64,000 nt of DNA from assembly GCA_964472875.1 (NCBI GenBank), contig CAYYMD010000005.1:7670-71669 (forward strand), written 5' to 3'. Of this stretch, positions 18,421 to 27,832 are shown one piece after another. The notes beneath the pieces are model-generated. The model was not told where the DNA came from and did no database searches. It worked only from the letters and a program-made list of their open reading frames with translations. The first letter of the stretch is position 1; each line of letters starts with the position of its first letter. This DNA comes from an uncultured Planctomycetaceae bacterium (GTDB lineage: Bacteria > Planctomycetota > Phycisphaerae > SM23-33). Position numbers and translations under genes: made by a program.

Positions 18421-18833
18421 TTGTCTGCTGTCTGCCTCGAAAAAGCGCGGCTTTTGAGAGGATCGCGGGTCAGAATTATGATTAACCACTGCAATACATA
18501 CACTTACGAATTTCTGTCAAGGGTAAAAAACGCGCAATATCGCGCAAAAAGGTCTAAAAACCTGCAACAGCCCGGCACAACGCGCAAAAAACCGGCAATT
18601 CCTGAAATAACTTACAAAGACGAGCAATACAGGCCCGAGTTCCAAGTTCCTCGCAAACGTCTTGAACGCACAGCCGGGCGAAAATACTTGCTCCCTGCGC
18701 TGAATTTGTTAATTTTACATTAATCGCAAATGCTCGTATCGGTAACGGGCCCGCCGGTACGAGAATTATTCACGGGGCCTGAATAAATTGGCGATAAAAT
18801 GGTTCGTTTAACCGCCGCCAGGAAAGGTCAATT

Positions 18834-21335
18834 ATGTCAATTATAAACACACTATCCCGTTTTGCTTTGTCACATGTTTTGTTTCTCGGCCTGCTGACCG
18901 TCTCTTTCATGGCCACGGGTCTGCGTGCGGATACGTCGCTGCTGCCGATGGAATCGCCCCAACGGGGATTCGTCAGCACGCGTCCGGCCGAGACGTGGGA
19001 GCAGGGGCTCCTGACGGGCAACGGCACCGTCGGGGCGAACGTCTTCGCCCGCCCGCTGGAGGAGACGATAATATTCACGCACGAGCGCCTGTTCCTGCCG
19101 CAGGGCGACCCGCACATGCCTCCGCCTCAGATGGGCACGCGATTGTACGACATCCGCCGTCTGATAGACCGCGGGCTCTACAGCCAGGCCGCGCAACTGG
19201 CGTCCGACCTGTCCGAACAGGACGGTTTCATGTACCCCGACCCGTTTGTGCCGGCCTTTGATATGAAAATAGACATGACATCGCCGGGGACGTCAGCGAT
19301 CGAGCGCTACCGTCGCGGCGTGAATTTCGAAAACGGCCTGGCCGGTGTGCAGTGGAAGGACGGCAGGGGCGTGTTCGAGCGGCGAATGATGGTTTCCCGG
19401 GCAGACGACCTTGCGGCGATGCAGATACGCGCGTCCAAGGCCGGTTCTATCCACTGCACCCTGGATCTGACGCCCCGCCGGCCCAGCGAGAAAATCGATG
19501 AGAAAAAACGCCGCCAGTCCGTCCGGCGTTTCGAAAATTCAATTAAGGACCTTGAGATTACCGCCGACGGCCGCACGCTGACCTTCCGCAACACCTTCGC
19601 AAACGCCTACCCGGGCAGCGTTCAAGCCGTCGAGGGCGTGGTGCACGTCCGCACGCAGGGCGGAAAGGTCACCACGAAGGACCGGACGATGATCATCGAC
19701 GGGGCGGACGAGGTTACGCTGCTTGTCGACGTGAATGTTATTTACAGGAAGGACCATTCGCGCATCGAGCAGACAAAATCGCGCCTGGCCGGCATAAAGC
19801 ACGATTTCGAGACTCTGCTGGAGCGGCATGCGCGTATCCACGGCGAGATGTTCAACCGGATGCGCCTGGAAATCGGCGGCGAGCATCACGACTGGAGCAC
19901 CGAGAAACTGCTGGCCGCCTCGACGAACGAAAAACTCTCGCGGACGCTGATTGAGAAGGAATTCGACGCCGCCCGCTACAACATAATCTGCAGCACGGGC
20001 GAGCTGCCGCCGGTGCTTCAGGGAATCTGGGCGGGGACATACGTCCCGTCGTGGGCGAGCGACTTTACGCACAACGGCAACGTTCCTTCGGCCATCGCCG
20101 CAATGCTCATGGGCAACACGCCGGAACTGATGCTCGCCTACACCAATTACATGGAATCCATCGTCGGCGACATGCGGGTCAACGCCAGGAACATTTTCGG
20201 CGCCCGCGGCATCGTCCTGCCCTCGCGGAGCAGCGCGCGGGCGTTCAACAACGCACTTGCGCCGAGGTTCGCCGGCGGATTCTGGGTGGCCGGCGCGCCG
20301 TGGGCGGCGCACTTCTTCTACGACTACTACCTCTACACCGGCGACAAAAAGTTCCTCGCCGAACACGCCCTGCCGTTCATGGAGGAGGCGGCCGTGTTCT
20401 TCGAAGATTACCTTTACGAAGGCCCCGACGGAAAATACGTGTTCAATCCCACCCAGTCGCCGGAAAACACACCCTCCAACACGCACTCGCAGGCCACGTT
20501 CAACGCGACGATGTCGGTGGCGGCCGTGAAGCAACTGCTGCGAAACCTCATCGAGGCCTCGCAGACGCTCGGCGTCAACGAGGACAAAATCCCCCAATGG
20601 CGCAACATGCTTGCCAAGATGCCGCCTTACCTCATCGACGAGGAACTCGGCGTGGTGAAGGAATGGCTGACGCCAAAACTCAAGGACAATCTCAACCACC
20701 GCCATTCGTCCCAGCTTTACCCCGTGTATTACACCATGTCGGAGGAAGTGGCCGGCAGCGAAAAACTGCAAAACGCCTTCAAGCGTATCGTCGAGATAAA
20801 ACTCGAGAAGCACTGGAAAGCCAAGCGCTCGGGTTTCATGTCCTTCGGCCTGGTGCAGCTTGGCCAGGCGGCCACGACTCTGGGCGACGGCGATCTGGCC
20901 TACCGCTGCCTGCGGCAACTGGTCAACCGCTACTGGCTGAACAACCTGGCGTCCATGCACAATCACCGCTCGCTGCTGAACATGGACATAAGCGGCGGCA
21001 TGCCGGCCGTCATTATCAAGATGCTGGTCGCCTCGGCACCGGGCAGGGTGCAACTGCTGCCCGCCCTGCCGAAAGAGTGGCCCGCCGGCGCCGTGGAGGG
21101 CGTGTTGTGCCGCGGCCAAATCGAGGTCGAACGGCTCCGGTGGGGCAAGGACGGCATACGCCTGCGGCTGCGCTCGGGCAAAAAGCAGACCGTCACGCTC
21201 GAAGCGCCACAGTGGGCCGACCGGGCCGAGGTGGCCGAAGGCGACGCCACTGTGAAGGCCGCCGACCGCGACAACGCCTGGCGGCTGTCGCTGCCCGCCG
21301 ACCGGCCGGTCGAACTGACTATATCGGCGAAATAA
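18834..21335 (+). CDS. Glycoside hydrolase family 95-like protein (putative alpha-L-fucosidase type)
   Basis: 833 aa with a signal peptide (HVLFLGLLTVSFMATGLRA). The N-terminal GH95 pattern is W.QGLLTGNGTVGANVF...ETIIFTHERLF. The catalytic-domain patterns are DFTHNGNV...AAMLMGN and FNPTQSPENTP. Confidence 0.75.
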   Translation: MSIINTLSRFALSHVLFLGLLTVSFMATGLRADTSLLPMESPQRGFVSTRPAETWEQGLLTGNGTVGANVFARPLEETIIFTHERLFLPQGDPHMPPPQMGTRLYDIRRLIDRGLYSQAAQLASDLSEQDGFMYPDPFVPAFDMKIDMTSPGTSAIERYRRGVNFENGLAGVQWKDGRGVFERRMMVSRADDLAAMQIRASKAGSIHCTLDLTPRRPSEKIDEKKRRQSVRRFENSIKDLEITADGRTLTFRNTFANAYPGSVQAVEGVVHVRTQGGKVTTKDRTMIIDGADEVTLLVDVNVIYRKDHSRIEQTKSRLAGIKHDFETLLERHARIHGEMFNRMRLEIGGEHHDWSTEKLLAASTNEKLSRTLIEKEFDAARYNIICSTGELPPVLQGIWAGTYVPSWASDFTHNGNVPSAIAAMLMGNTPELMLAYTNYMESIVGDMRVNARNIFGARGIVLPSRSSARAFNNALAPRFAGGFWVAGAPWAAHFFYDYYLYTGDKKFLAEHALPFMEEAAVFFEDYLYEGPDGKYVFNPTQSPENTPSNTHSQATFNATMSVAAVKQLLRNLIEASQTLGVNEDKIPQWRNMLAKMPPYLIDEELGVVKEWLTPKLKDNLNHRHSSQLYPVYYTMSEEVAGSEKLQNAFKRIVEIKLEKHWKAKRSGFMSFGLVQLGQAATTLGDGDLAYRCLRQLVNRYWLNNLASMHNHRSLLNMDISGGMPAVIIKMLVASAPGRVQLLPALPKEWPAGAVEGVLCRGQIEVERLRWGKDGIRLRLRSGKKQTVTLEAPQWADRAEVAEGDATVKAADRDNAWRLSLPADRPVELTISAK

Positions 21336-21366
21336 ACGCAAATTCTGTGTCCCCAGCGCGTCGTAG

Positions 21367-21382
21367 TCCCGGTGCGCCGGGA
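21367..21382. repeat. Stem-loop copy of the dispersed palindromic element (TCCCGG-TGCG-CCGGGA)
   Basis: Read directly. It lies 32 nt after the GH95-like stop codon. Confidence 0.55.
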
Positions 21383-21619
21383 TAAACCAGTCTAAGACCA
21401 GGAGAGCCGCAAGCATTCCGGCCGTTCTGGCTGTATGCTTGCTCTACGCCTTTGCGATTTGGGGCAACGCAATTTGACACACTATTAAATTAATCTTAAT
21501 CGAATCTTAACAATCATTACAGAAACTTATTCCAACCTGAATATTTCACACGGCCGGCATGTCGGGAACATGCCGGGAAGGAATCTGAAAGTCTTTGAAT
21601 CAACCAATAAGGAGCACAA

Positions 21620-23059
21620 ATGATGACACAAAATAGATTCCTTGCAGCGGTGCTGGTGTCCGGACTCTTGTGCGGGGTTCTGTCTGCGGCCGAAACTTCC
21701 ATGGAAGAACTTCAGACCACCGTTGAGGCGCTGAAGGCCCGGATAAAGGACCAGGACAGGCGGATCGAGGAACTCGAGTCGCAGCAATCCGAAAACAAAA
21801 AGCAGCAGACGAAATTCCTCCAGATGTACGACAAGTTGCAGCATAGCGCCGCCGAACACGACAGCGATTTTCGCGTTTACTGGGACGACGGCCTGCGGAT
21901 GAAAAACGGCAACGGTTTTAAGATAAAGTTCGGCGGCCGGCTGATGTACGACATGGGCTGGGTCGACGGCGACGACGTGGAAGACCATTCCGACTTGGCC
22001 GGCGGAGATAACGACCTCGAGGACGCCGCCGACGTCCGCCGCGCGCGGTTGTATTTCCAGGGGGACATCTACGAGGATCTCCGGTTCAAGCTGCAGTTCG
22101 ACTTCGCCGGCGGCGACGCGGCGCTCAAGGACGCCTACCTGCGGTTCAAAGACGTCCCGTACGTAGGCAACATAACCATGGGCCACTTCAAGGAGCCGTT
22201 CAGTCTGGAAGAACTGACTTCCTCCAAGTACATAACGTTCATGGAGCGCGGCCTGCCCAACGCCATAGCACCCGGCCGGAACTTCGGCGTGATGGCCCAC
22301 GATTCATTTCTGGAAGACAACATGACGTACGCTATCGGCATCTTTCGCGACGTGGACGGCTACGGCGAAGACAACCCCGACGACAACGACGAGGACGGCG
22401 GATACAACATGACCGCCCGCGTCACGGCCGTGCCGTGGTACGCCGACGAGGGGAAGAAACTGCTTCACCTTGGCGGCTCTTATTCGCTGCGACACCCGCA
22501 GGAAGAGAGCATAAGGTTCCGCGCCAGGCCCGAGGCGCATTTTCTCTCGGAAAGGTACGTGGACGTAACGACCCCGGCCGAGTGGGAAAACAGGTTCGGC
22601 GCCGAGACTGCCATGGTTTACGGGCCCCTTTCGGCCCAGGCGGAATACATGGCCGTGGTCCCTGACGCCGGCAACGAGGCCGAAGTGGAGCCCACGCTGC
22701 AGGGCGCCTATGCATACGTGAGTTACTTCCTCACCGGCGAGCACCGCAACTACAGCCGCTCTTCGGGGACCTTCAAGCGGGTGACGCCGAAGAAGAATTT
22801 CCGCGAGGACGGCGGCCTGGGCGCATGGGAAGTGGGCGCCCGCTGGTCGTGGCTGGATTTCACGGACAATCCGCTGGAAGACACCGACGACGGCGCAAGG
22901 GAACTCAACAACGTCACGCTGGGCGTCAACTGGTATCTGAACCCGAACGTGCGACTGATGTGGAACTGGGTGCATCCCGTCGTCGAGGATGAGGGCCCGG
23001 TCGACGACTGGAAGGAAGAGAACGACATCTTCATGATGCGCATGCAGGTGGACTTCTGA
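21620..23059 (+). CDS. Phosphate-selective porin O/P (OprO/OprP-like) family outer-membrane porin
   Basis: 479 aa with a signal peptide and an N-terminal coiled coil (LQTTVEALKARIKDQDRRIEELE). The porin_O_P-like body reads FGGRLMYDMGW...RRARLYFQGDIYEDLRFKLQFDFAG...GHFKEPFSLEELTSS. The terminus is MRMQVDF. Confidence 0.7.
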   Translation: MMTQNRFLAAVLVSGLLCGVLSAAETSMEELQTTVEALKARIKDQDRRIEELESQQSENKKQQTKFLQMYDKLQHSAAEHDSDFRVYWDDGLRMKNGNGFKIKFGGRLMYDMGWVDGDDVEDHSDLAGGDNDLEDAADVRRARLYFQGDIYEDLRFKLQFDFAGGDAALKDAYLRFKDVPYVGNITMGHFKEPFSLEELTSSKYITFMERGLPNAIAPGRNFGVMAHDSFLEDNMTYAIGIFRDVDGYGEDNPDDNDEDGGYNMTARVTAVPWYADEGKKLLHLGGSYSLRHPQEESIRFRARPEAHFLSERYVDVTTPAEWENRFGAETAMVYGPLSAQAEYMAVVPDAGNEAEVEPTLQGAYAYVSYFLTGEHRNYSRSSGTFKRVTPKKNFREDGGLGAWEVGARWSWLDFTDNPLEDTDDGARELNNVTLGVNWYLNPNVRLMWNWVHPVVEDEGPVDDWKEENDIFMMRMQVDF

Positions 23060-23076
23060 ATCCGCCTGCGGGTTTT
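23059..23076. terminator. Weak bidirectional hairpin between the convergent porin and miaB genes
   Basis: AATCCG-CCTG-CGGGTT followed by TTT. The stem is short. Confidence 0.3.
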
Positions 23077-23100
23077 GCAGTTATATTACGGTCGGCGGGC

Positions 23101-24519
23101 TTACATGGCGCGCCGGGAAGAAGACGAATCTCCGCTGAGCCGGCCGAAGAGCGTAAGCGGTGAGGCGTCGGTGATGTTGACGCGGACGTACCGGCCGGCC
23201 AGCTCCGCCGGGCCGTCGAAGATGACGATGTGGTCCCAGCGCGTGCGGCCGGTCAGTTGCACCTGCCCCGCCGGTGGCTCGCCCGTCTGCTTGCCGCTTC
23301 GCGGCGATGGGCCTTCGGTCAGGACTTCGACCTCCCGGCCGACGTATTGGCGATGATGCGTCAGGCCGACTTTCTGCTGGACGGCCAGCAGTTCGTTGTT
23401 GCGGCGCTTTTTTACTGCAAGTGGAACATCGTCTTTGAGCCGCCCGTCGGCGGTTGTCCCCGGCCGTGGGGAGTATTTGAAAATGAATGAATTTTTGTAG
23501 CCGGCTGTTCGGATAAGGTCCGCGGATGCGTCGTGGTCGGCATCCGTCTCGCCGGGAAAGCCGACTATGAAGTCGCCGGCCAGCACGACGCCCGGGACGA
23601 TTTCCCTCGCGCGGGCGACGAAGTCGTCGTACTGTGCCCGCGTGTAGCCGCGCTTCATCCGCTTCAGCACCGCGTCCGAGCCGCTCTGGGCCGGGCAGTG
23701 AATGTACTCGCACAGGTTTGGCAGGTCACGCATGGCCGCCAGGATGTCGTCGCCGAAGCCGGCCGGGTGGGATGTTACGAACCGCAGCCGCCGCAGGTTG
23801 TCAACGTCGGCGACCCTGGCGAGCAAATCGGCGAAAGACACCGTCCGGCCGCCGGAGCGCCAACGGTAGGCGTTGACGGTCTGGCCCAGCAGCGTTATCT
23901 CGCTTCGCCCGGCATCCACGAGACGGCGGACCTCCTCGACGACGTGGTCGGGGCTGCGGCTGTGCTGCGGGCCCCGGACATACGGCACGACGCAGTACGT
24001 GCAGAACCTGTCGCAGCCGCGCATCACGCGGACGAATGCCTGCACTCCGGCGGTGGTGTGATTGACATCGCGGCCGAGGTCCAGCGCGTCAAGGCCTGCG
24101 GCCGCCTGCTGGTCGGGCGGTTCATTCCGCGCCGGGTCGAGCGCGACTACACGCCGACCGGCGGCGGCCTCGGCCAGAAGCTCGGTCAGGCGGTGAATCT
24201 GACCCGGCCCGCATATTACGTCCACCTGCGGGTACCGGCGGGCCAGTTCCGCTCCACGCCGCTGGGCCATGCAGCCGATGATGCCGACCACGATATTTTT
24301 GCCGGATTGCTTCCGCTTGCCCTCGGCGCCGATGCGCGAAAGGACCTTGTCCTCGGCGTGGCGGCGGACCGAGCAGGTGTTATACAGGACCGCCCGCGCC
24401 TGTTTGCGGTCGGCGACCATCTCGTGGCCGGCTCGGACCAGCGAATCGGTGATTAGTTCGCTGTCCAGGCGGTTCATCTGGCAGCCCATTGTCTCAAGAT
24501 AAATCTTCATACTTTTCAT
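23101..24519 (-). CDS. miaB: tRNA-2-methylthio-N6-dimethylallyladenosine synthase (radical-SAM methylthiotransferase)
   Basis: The N-terminal MKIYLETMGCQMNRLDSE belongs to the UPF0004 domain. The radical-SAM cluster motif is CDRFCTYCVVPYVRG, and a C-terminal TRAM domain is present. An alternative start lies at 24510. Confidence 0.9.
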   Translation of the reverse strand: MKSMKIYLETMGCQMNRLDSELITDSLVRAGHEMVADRKQARAVLYNTCSVRRHAEDKVLSRIGAEGKRKQSGKNIVVGIIGCMAQRRGAELARRYPQVDVICGPGQIHRLTELLAEAAAGRRVVALDPARNEPPDQQAAAGLDALDLGRDVNHTTAGVQAFVRVMRGCDRFCTYCVVPYVRGPQHSRSPDHVVEEVRRLVDAGRSEITLLGQTVNAYRWRSGGRTVSFADLLARVADVDNLRRLRFVTSHPAGFGDDILAAMRDLPNLCEYIHCPAQSGSDAVLKRMKRGYTRAQYDDFVARAREIVPGVVLAGDFIVGFPGETDADHDASADLIRTAGYKNSFIFKYSPRPGTTADGRLKDDVPLAVKKRRNNELLAVQQKVGLTHHRQYVGREVEVLTEGPSPRSGKQTGEPPAGQVQLTGRTRWDHIVIFDGPAELAGRYVRVNITDASPLTLFGRLSGDSSSSRRAM

Positions 24520-24598
24520 TCTACGAAATTTTGAACGTGAAGTTTACCGCCGGCGATGCGCTAAAATGATATAACAAGAAGATAGAAAGGAGACAGAC

Positions 24599-24940
24599 AT
24601 GGAAAAAGAACTTTGCGATTTAAAATGCAAGGCGTGCCGTGGCGACGTCGAACCGTTCGGCCCGGAGCAAATAAGCGAGTATCTCCCGCAGCTCGATGAC
24701 GCATGGAAGGTGCAGGACAACAAGCGCCTGGTGCGAGAGTTCAAACTGAAGGATTTCGCCGCGGCGCTGGAACTAGTCAACCGCATCGGCGAACTGGCCG
24801 AGCAACAACAGCACCACCCCGACATATTCCTTACCTGGGGCAAGGTGAAAGTGACGCTGATGACGCATAAGATAGGCGGCCTGCACGAAAGCGACTTTAT
24901 AATGGCGGCCAAGATCGACAAACTGTGGCAAGAGGGTTAA
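24599..24940 (+). CDS. phhB: 4a-hydroxytetrahydrobiopterin (pterin-4a-carbinolamine) dehydratase
   Basis: 113 aa. The signature is EQQQHHPDIFLTWGKVKVTLMTHKIGGLHESDFIMAAKID. Confidence 0.85.
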   Translation: MEKELCDLKCKACRGDVEPFGPEQISEYLPQLDDAWKVQDNKRLVREFKLKDFAAALELVNRIGELAEQQQHHPDIFLTWGKVKVTLMTHKIGGLHESDFIMAAKIDKLWQEG

Positions 24941-24972
24941 ACACAGTTTCGCAGGCACTAAAAATCTAAACG

Positions 24973-26127
24973 TCAGCCGGTGATTGTTTCCAATATCCGC
25001 AGGTAGCGTTGGTATCGGCCTGAAGGGATTTGTCCCTGCTTTACGGCATCCTTGACGGCGCAGCCGGGCTCGTGCGTGTGCGTGCAGTCATTGAACTTGC
25101 AATCTTGGGCCACATCCTCAAATTCCGGGAAGTACCACGGCAACTGCTCCGGCGACAGGTCGATGGCCAGTTCGCGTATGCCGGGCGTGTCGATCAGGAT
25201 GCCGCCTTCGCCCGCATCTTCGGCCGGCGGCAGGTCGTATACAGACGCCGCGGCCGTGGTGTGCCGCCCGCGATTGTCCTTCATGCGTATCGAGCGGGTT
25301 TTCGCCCCCGCCCCTGGAACAAGGGCGTTGACCAGTTCGCTCTTCCCCACGCCGGAGGCCCCCGCCAGGACACTTCGCCTGCCAGCCAGTTCGCGACGCA
25401 GTTCATCCACGCCGCTTCCGGTTATCGCCGATGTCTGGTATATCGGCAACTCCACGGCGCGGAACTCGGCCAGGAGTTTCTCGTCGGGGGCGGCAAGGTC
25501 CGTCTTGTTGACCACCAGCAGCGGCGCCATTTCGCCCCGCTCGGCGATTATCAGAAAACGGTCCACCAGCCCCGGTCGGAACCGCGGTCGGCGAGTGGAC
25601 GAGACAACCAGCAGGGTGTCCATGTTCGCGGCCACAACCTTCTGCACCGGTTGCGGGCCGTATTCGTCGCGATGCCGGCCGGCCTTCGGCGCCGGACGGG
25701 CCAGCACGGTCCGCCTGGGCTTTCGGGCTATTATCATGCCGTCGGCGCGGTCCTTGTCTCCTTCGGCTGCCTGTTTGGCGTCTTCGGCCACGGCCGCGGT
25801 CACCTCGTCGCCTACCGCGATGGGGCTCAGGTGCTCGCTACCGGCCGGCGGGCGAAACGCCTTTGCCACCCCGCACAGCAGTTCGCCTTCGCCGTCGGCG
25901 GGTCGAACCATCGCCCCACCGGGGAACAGGCCGGTTATCATGCCCTCGACGCACGGCAGCTCGTCGAGATTGCTGCCGGGCTCCGCCAGCCGGGACGGCG
26001 GCAGTTTGACGGCGCGGTGCGAGAGACTCTCCCGCGATGTCGCTCGGGCGTCGCCGGTCTTGCCGTCGAGATATTTTTGGCGCCAGTCTTTTATGCGCCG
26101 CTGCGATTTGCCCTTGTGTTTGGCCAT
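24973..26127 (-). CDS. rsgA: Ribosome small-subunit-dependent GTPase A
   Basis: It has the circularly permuted GTPase motifs (VVNKTDL, GASGVGKSELVNAL, DTPGIRE). The C-terminal zinc knuckle is CKFNDCTHTHEPGCAV. Confidence 0.9.
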   Translation of the reverse strand: MAKHKGKSQRRIKDWRQKYLDGKTGDARATSRESLSHRAVKLPPSRLAEPGSNLDELPCVEGMITGLFPGGAMVRPADGEGELLCGVAKAFRPPAGSEHLSPIAVGDEVTAAVAEDAKQAAEGDKDRADGMIIARKPRRTVLARPAPKAGRHRDEYGPQPVQKVVAANMDTLLVVSSTRRPRFRPGLVDRFLIIAERGEMAPLLVVNKTDLAAPDEKLLAEFRAVELPIYQTSAITGSGVDELRRELAGRRSVLAGASGVGKSELVNALVPGAGAKTRSIRMKDNRGRHTTAAASVYDLPPAEDAGEGGILIDTPGIRELAIDLSPEQLPWYFPEFEDVAQDCKFNDCTHTHEPGCAVKDAVKQGQIPSGRYQRYLRILETITG

Positions 26128-26248
26128 TGTGGTGTATTTTCTCCTTATATCGTGTAAAAATCAAATCTCACCGCTGCGGGGCAATGCACTTGACAACCGC
26201 TGCAATTAAGGTAAATTAAAGATTTCGCTCCGTAGTCGCGGGCGTAGC

Positions 26249-26321
26249 GGGCAGGTAGCTCAGTCGGTAGAGCAACGGATTGAAAATCCGTGTGTCGGCG
26301 GTTCGAATCCGCCCCTGCCCA
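26249..26321 (+). tRNA. tRNA-Phe (anticodon GAA)
   Basis: Cloverleaf folded by hand. The acceptor is GGGCAGG/CCTGCCC plus discriminator A. The D arm is GCTC-AGTCGGTA-GAGC. The anticodon stem is ACGGA/TCCGT with loop TTGAAAA. The T arm is GGCGG-TTCGAAT-CCGCC. Confidence 0.95.
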
Positions 26322-26410
26322 TTTTTTATCACTTTGCAATCTTTGGGCGCCCTTGTGGCGGGCAGGTTCAACTGTTAGCATTTTTCAGGAATCACTGGTA
26401 AGGAACACCC

Positions 26411-27832
26411 GTGCCGAAGCGCAACTTAATCTGGCTAATAGTAATAGTGGCATTCACGGCCGTGCTGGGGCTGGTTCTCCGCCCGCACCGCTCGGTGAGC
26501 ATTTCCGCGCGGAAGCAGTTCCGGCCCGTCGTGCACACCTACTCGCTGATAAAAGAACATTACGTCGAGCCGATGGACGATGAGGAACTGGCCCGCAAGG
26601 CCATCCGGGCCATGGTCGGCGAACTGGATAAATACTCCACTTACATCCCTCAACAACAGGTGCAGATGGTTCAGGATCACATGCTGGGTCTGGAGCACGG
26701 TTTGGGCCTGGTGTGGGAGTTTGAAGACTCTGCGGTTAAGATACTCGGCCCGCTGCCCGATTCGCCTGCATGGAGGGCGGGAATATGCACCGGAGATGAA
26801 ATCGTGGAAATAGACGGGCAGGCAACAGCCGAACTTGGCAAGGATAAAATTTGCGAACTGCTTGACCCGCAGCAGGACGATCGCGTTGCGCTGACCGTCC
26901 TCCGCGGCGGCCGACAGCAGGAGCACGTTACACTCGCGGCCGATAAGTTTCCCATCCGCACCGTCACGGGTATGTACCGCCGCGACGATTCGCGGTGGGT
27001 GTATCGCCTGCCGCCGGCGGAAGACAAAGGCCTCCCCCGGCGTAAAAATCGTTCGCCCGCATACATCCGCATACGCGAATTCGTCCGCACGACCGGCGAG
27101 CAGTTCCGGCAGGCGGTGCGGCAGGCGCCGCTGCGGGACGGGATGATACTCGACCTGCGCGACAACCCCGGCGGGCTGTTGCCTGTGGCGGTTGAAACGG
27201 CAGATATGTTCCTCCGCGACGGACCCATTGTAACCGTCGTCGAGCGGGACGGGCCGCCGGAGCTATACCGCGCGCACGCCGACGGAACGCTGCCGGACGG
27301 GATGCTGGTGGTGCTGGTTAATTCAGAAACCGCTTCGGCGGCCGAACTGCTGGCCGGGACGCTGCTGGCGGGCGACCGGGCGGTTATTATCGGCGCGCCC
27401 ACGCGGGGCAAACACTGCATCCAGAGCATGTTTCCGCTCGGCGACGAGATGGGACAGTTGAACCTGACAACTTCGCGGTTTTTCGTTGGCGAATACGAAC
27501 CCGAGGAAAAATCCACAACGCCGCAGGCGGATAACGATACCACCGCCGAAGAAACAAGTCACACCGACGAACCTGTCACGCCCGACTTGCTGGTGGAAGT
27601 CACGGACGAACAACTCGAAAAAATACGATGCTTCCGCCGGCGGCAGGAGGTTCTGCGACGACGGGGCGAAACACGCACCGACGATAACGCGCCACGGCCT
27701 CGGCAGTACGACCCTCAACTGGCCGCGGCCGAGGAACTGTTGAATAATCCCCGAAAATATTATTCCATAATTGCCGAGCGTAAGCGCCGCCGCTCCGAGC
27801 GAACGAGCGAATTAAAGGCAACTTCTGAATGA
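26411..27832 (+). CDS. ctp: S41 family C-terminal processing peptidase with PDZ domain
   Basis: GTG start and an N-terminal TM anchor. The PDZ-like stretch is GICTGDEIVEIDGQ. The tail-specific protease pattern is DLRDNPGGLL...VLVNSETASAAELLAG...GAPTRGK. Confidence 0.85.
   Translation: MPKRNLIWLIVIVAFTAVLGLVLRPHRSVSISARKQFRPVVHTYSLIKEHYVEPMDDEELARKAIRAMVGELDKYSTYIPQQQVQMVQDHMLGLEHGLGLVWEFEDSAVKILGPLPDSPAWRAGICTGDEIVEIDGQATAELGKDKICELLDPQQDDRVALTVLRGGRQQEHVTLAADKFPIRTVTGMYRRDDSRWVYRLPPAEDKGLPRRKNRSPAYIRIREFVRTTGEQFRQAVRQAPLRDGMILDLRDNPGGLLPVAVETADMFLRDGPIVTVVERDGPPELYRAHADGTLPDGMLVVLVNSETASAAELLAGTLLAGDRAVIIGAPTRGKHCIQSMFPLGDEMGQLNLTTSRFFVGEYEPEEKSTTPQADNDTTAEETSHTDEPVTPDLLVEVTDEQLEKIRCFRRRQEVLRRRGETRTDDNAPRPRQYDPQLAAAEELLNNPRKYYSIIAERKRRRSERTSELKATSE

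Noticed and set aside
17751-18723. Track ORFs 17751..18272 (+), 17961..18356 (-) and 18319..18723 (+) in the long intergenic region.
   Set aside because: The peptides are translations of short DNA repeats (WDLGIWDL, RMTKFECRINDECTNYE). They have no RBS context or domain-like pattern and overlap one another. The region is treated as non-coding repeats.
19539-21416. A 625-aa ORF on the minus strand, plus a 444-aa plus-strand ORF at 20051..21385, overlapping the GH95-like gene.
   Set aside because: The translations are Arg/Gly/Ala/Pro/His-rich low-complexity sequence typical of off-frame and antisense reading of a high-GC gene. The 18834..21335 frame has clear GH95 motifs, a signal peptide and an RBS.
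25030-26209. Two ORFs of about 380 aa (25030..26157 and 25052..26209) antisense to rsgA.
   Set aside because: They are shadow ORFs with Arg/Ser/Ala-rich nonsense composition. The minus-strand frame carries all RsgA GTPase and zinc-knuckle motifs.
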